A stretch of 49,879 nt of DNA from Thermodesulfobium acidiphilum (lineage in GTDB: Bacteria > Thermodesulfobiota > Thermodesulfobiia > Thermodesulfobiales > Thermodesulfobiaceae): assembly GCF_003057965.1 (NCBI RefSeq), contig NZ_CP020921.1, positions 1,724,916 to 1,774,794 of the forward strand, read 5' to 3'. Shown here in pieces: positions 47,253-49,879 of the stretch. The notes beneath the pieces were generated by a model. That model did no database searches. It worked only from the letters and a program-made list of their open reading frames with translations, and had not been told where the DNA came from. Position numbers and translations under genes: made by a program. Every line of letters starts with the position of its first letter. Positions within the stretch are counted from its first letter, which is position 1.

Positions 47253-47879
47253 TTAAAGTTTAATCAACAAAAATTTTCTTGTTCCAAACTTTTCTGGCAA
47301 AGCGTAATTAAATGTTTCATAATCAAGCTTATTTAAAACAGAACTATCAAAAGATTTCCCAAGCCATAAAGCTAAAGTAAGATTTCTTCGATCTTTCAAA
47401 ATTGATATCATTTTTTTTAAAGGAAAGGTTGCCCTCGAAGTAACTTTTTCAGGAATTTCTCTTATATCTTCAAGTCTTTCTTGTAGAACAATAACATTTT
47501 TTATACCAAGTTCTAAAATTAATCCTTCAAGAAAAACAACTCTTTTATATTTTGGCTCCAATAATACCCATAAACTTTCAGGAAAACAGATTGACAAAAT
47601 CAAACCAGGAATTCCTGCACCAGAACCAATATCAAGAAATTCTTTTGCATTAAAAAAAGTTGGACATAACAAAGTTGGTAACAAAGAATCATATACATGT
47701 TTAAAAAAAAATTCCTCAACAGTATTAAACGAAACTAAAGAGTGTCTTTTATTATATAAAAAGAGTTTTTCTGAATATATACTAATCTTATCTAAACATT
47801 CAGTAAAATTTGGTAAATACTTCATAAATAATAAATCAAATTTTCGACTATCGAATAATATTTCATCTTTTTTTGTCAT
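47253..47879 (-). CDS. rsmG: 16S rRNA m7G527 methyltransferase
   Basis: KHVYDSL, LDIGSGAGIPG and VTSRA motifs. Confidence 0.92.
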   Translation of the reverse strand: MTKKDEILFDSRKFDLLFMKYLPNFTECLDKISIYSEKLFLYNKRHSLVSFNTVEEFFFKHVYDSLLPTLLCPTFFNAKEFLDIGSGAGIPGLILSICFPESLWVLLEPKYKRVVFLEGLILELGIKNVIVLQERLEDIREIPEKVTSRATFPLKKMISILKDRRNLTLALWLGKSFDSSVLNKLDYETFNYALPEKFGTRKFLLIKL

Positions 47880-48504
47880 TATTTAGCGGTTCAATTACTA
47901 TATGTCTATTTCTACCTACACCAACACTATAAACAGCTAAATCGTTACGTTTTGAAAGATAAACGTGAATTACTTTTCTTTCATGAGCTGGCAGTGGCAA
48001 AAATTCAACCTTTTTCTTATATTTAATACACTTTTTTACAAGTTTGTCGGATAACTCATATAAAAATGAAATTCTATCTTTCCAATAATTATTAATATCA
48101 AGATTAACCTGATAGTTATTAAAATTAACTTTTGCAATTCTATTTAATAAAAACTCTATAGATTTTAAAATTAATCCGTGTCTACCTATAAGGCAGCCTA
48201 AGTTTTCACCCTTTACTTCGACATAAAGGACATTTTCATTAAGATTAAAGTCTATAGAAAAGCTGCTATTTGGGATTTCCTTTATTAAAGACTCCATTAC
48301 TTTAGAAATTAACTCATCAATAGTGGGTGAATATCTTAAAATTATCTTTGCTTCTCTTGACCCTATACCCAAAAGCCCTTTTTTTGGAAGCTCTAAAACC
48401 TCAAAATCATATTTAGAATCCTCATCAATACCAAGTAGTTCGAGTCCTTTTTTAATAGCCTCTTCTTTACTTTTAGCACTAACGACTATTTCTTTAATCA
48501 TCAT
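47863..48504 (-). CDS. jag: RNA-binding protein Jag/EloR (KhpB)
   Basis: Jag_N (EEAIKKGL..KGLLGIG), KH (LIGRHG) and R3H (ERKVIH) domains. Confidence 0.92.
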   Translation of the reverse strand: MMIKEIVVSAKSKEEAIKKGLELLGIDEDSKYDFEVLELPKKGLLGIGSREAKIILRYSPTIDELISKVMESLIKEIPNSSFSIDFNLNENVLYVEVKGENLGCLIGRHGLILKSIEFLLNRIAKVNFNNYQVNLDINNYWKDRISFLYELSDKLVKKCIKYKKKVEFLPLPAHERKVIHVYLSKRNDLAVYSVGVGRNRHIVIEPLNNDKKR

Positions 48505-49145
48505 GCATGCTTTCTCATTACAATAAATGATTGTATAATACCAATTATATTAGAAACGTTCCAATAAATTAATATTCCTGCGGGAAATTGAATAGATATA
48601 AATCCCAAAAAAAGTGGCATTAGCAAAAGCATTTGTCTTTGCATTTTATCAGCTGTATTTGTAGTAATTTTTTGTTGGATATAAGTTGTTATCATCAATA
48701 AAGCAGGCAAAATATAAAATGGGTCCTTTTCAGTTATATCACTAATCCATAAGAAGTTAACTGCAGAATGTGTTTGTTCGATAATGCTTTTTAATTCGGG
48801 ACTAAGTAAAAAATAATAAAAAGCAATAAGAATGGGTAATTGAATAAGCATTGGCAAACACCCGCCAAAAGGATTTATTTTGTTATTTTTATAAAAAGCT
48901 ACCATTTCTGTTTGTAATCTTTGGGGGTCTGATTTATATTTTTCTTGAAGCTCCTTTATTTTGGGCTGTAGTTTTTGCATCTTTTTCATCTGATCAAGAG
49001 ATATGTGATTAAGAGGCCACAATAAAGCTCTAATTAAAAGAGTAATAAGAATAATAACCAAACCAAAATCATGTAAAAAACCTAATAAAGAATAAAAGAT
49101 AGGATGAAAAACGTTAGTATCTAACCAGCTAAAAAAGGAATTCAC
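48501..49145 (-). CDS. yidC: Membrane protein insertase YidC (short form)
   Basis: NPFGGCLPMLIQLPI, FLWI.D, DPFYILP and IYW motifs. Confidence 0.95.
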   Translation of the reverse strand: MNSFFSWLDTNVFHPIFYSLLGFLHDFGLVIILITLLIRALLWPLNHISLDQMKKMQKLQPKIKELQEKYKSDPQRLQTEMVAFYKNNKINPFGGCLPMLIQLPILIAFYYFLLSPELKSIIEQTHSAVNFLWISDITEKDPFYILPALLMITTYIQQKITTNTADKMQRQMLLLMPLFLGFISIQFPAGILIYWNVSNIIGIIQSFIVMRKHA

Positions 49146-49399
49146 TATTTTATTTCTCCTCTCGAACTAATAATTTTCTCTGGAACCGGATCGTAACCAC
49201 CTCGATTAAAAGGGTGACATCTCAATATTCTTTTCATTGCTAAAAAACTACCCTTTAAGGGTCCGAATCTTGAAATAGCTATAATTGCATATTCGGAACA
49301 GGTAGGATAAAATATACAACTACTTCCCTTTATAGGAGAAAGAAATCTCTGATAAAATTTTATCAAAAAGATTAAGAAGTAACATATATACTTTTGCAT
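49145..49399 (-). CDS. yidD: Membrane protein insertion efficiency factor YidD
   Basis: [11 protein letters not shown] and [15 protein letters not shown] motifs. Confidence 0.96.
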   Translation of the reverse strand: MQKYICYFLIFLIKFYQRFLSPIKGSSCIFYPTCSEYAIIAISRFGPLKGSFLAMKRILRCHPFNRGGYDPVPEKIISSRGEIK

Positions 49400-49713
49400 A
49401 ATTCTTCTAACTCTTTTAAAACCTCACTTTTATTTTTTCTAGAAAAAGGCTTTTTCACTAAGAATATCATATCAAAAAAGTCCTTCTTTTCATTCTTATA
49501 TAAAAATTCTTTCACAAAAAAACCTTTAATAAATCTCTTCATATAATTTCTCTTTACAGAACTTTTTGCAACCTTTTTAGACACAATAACACAAATCCTA
49601 AAATATTCAGAAGGACTGTAAAAAAGGGTGAAAAAAAAGCCTTCTATTCTCTTAGAATTAAATGTCTTCGCTATTCCCTGTGGGTTATTTAGTAAAGCTC
49701 CTTTACTTAGCAC
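49372..49713 (-). CDS. rnpA: Ribonuclease P protein component
   Basis: [17 protein letters not shown] (RNR motif); lies between rpmH and yidD. Exact start uncertain. Confidence 0.88.
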   Translation of the reverse strand: MLSKGALLNNPQGIAKTFNSKRIEGFFFTLFYSPSEYFRICVIVSKKVAKSSVKRNYMKRFIKGFFVKEFLYKNEKKDFFDMIFLVKKPFSRKNKSEVLKELEELCKSIYVTS

Positions 49714-49849
49714 TAACAGTAAGCCTGTGCCTACCTTTCATCCTTCGCGCTTTAATAACCTTTCTACCAGCCTTAGTGCTCATTCTGTTAAGAAAGCCAT
49801 GCACTCTGAATTTTTTTCTAACTTTTGGTTGATAAGTTCTTTTTGACAC
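49703..49849 (-). CDS. rpmH: 50S ribosomal protein L34 (not in ORF track)
   Basis: GAGGTG RBS + [51 protein letters not shown]. Confidence 0.96.
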   Translation of the reverse strand: MSKRTYQPKVRKKFRVHGFLNRMSTKAGRKVIKARRMKGRHRLTVSAK

Positions 49850-49879
49850 AACTATCACCTCAAACTTAATTTTTAAAAT

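Overview
This is an AT-rich bacterial chromosomal segment, probably next to the replication origin: the right end carries rpmH-rnpA-yidD-yidC-jag-rsmG, and parA/parB lie about 14 kb further in. Gene content mixes Firmicutes-style flagellar genes (fliK-flgD-TIGR02530-flgE-short hook paralogue-flbD-motA-fliM-fliY) with envelope traits (gmhA, a secreted HdeA/HdeB-like protein). A Thermodesulfobium-like anaerobe is my inference only. Housekeeping blocks are feoB (5'-truncated), comF, metK, two moeA-family genes, thiM, acyP, biotin genes (bioA, bioD, bioC, bioH-like, bioF), ndk, parAB, trpEGDCFBA, a CLC-CBS transporter, modABC and two tRNAs. The main find is a selenoprotein locus that the ORF track misses. 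Two tandem paralogous small genes (23055-22753 and 22760-22485, minus strand) each have an in-frame TGA at codon 32 within a C-x-x-U motif, followed by a SECIS-like hairpin with the same AGUUA loop 23 nt downstream. They head an apparent operon with a glycosyltransferase and gmhA. The divergent TPR gene ends in TGA-GGC-CCA-GGT-TGT-TAG plus a GGUCU-loop hairpin, a candidate C-terminal U-G-P-G-C. Other non-coding signals are a Moco RNA motif abutting tRNA-Arg(UCG) upstream of modA, TRAP-type (G/U)AG repeats over the trpE ribosome-binding site, a two-state hairpin in the flgE leader, a parS-like palindrome, and an internally deleted IS remnant with subterminal repeats. All calls come from reading the sequence; no database searches were run.
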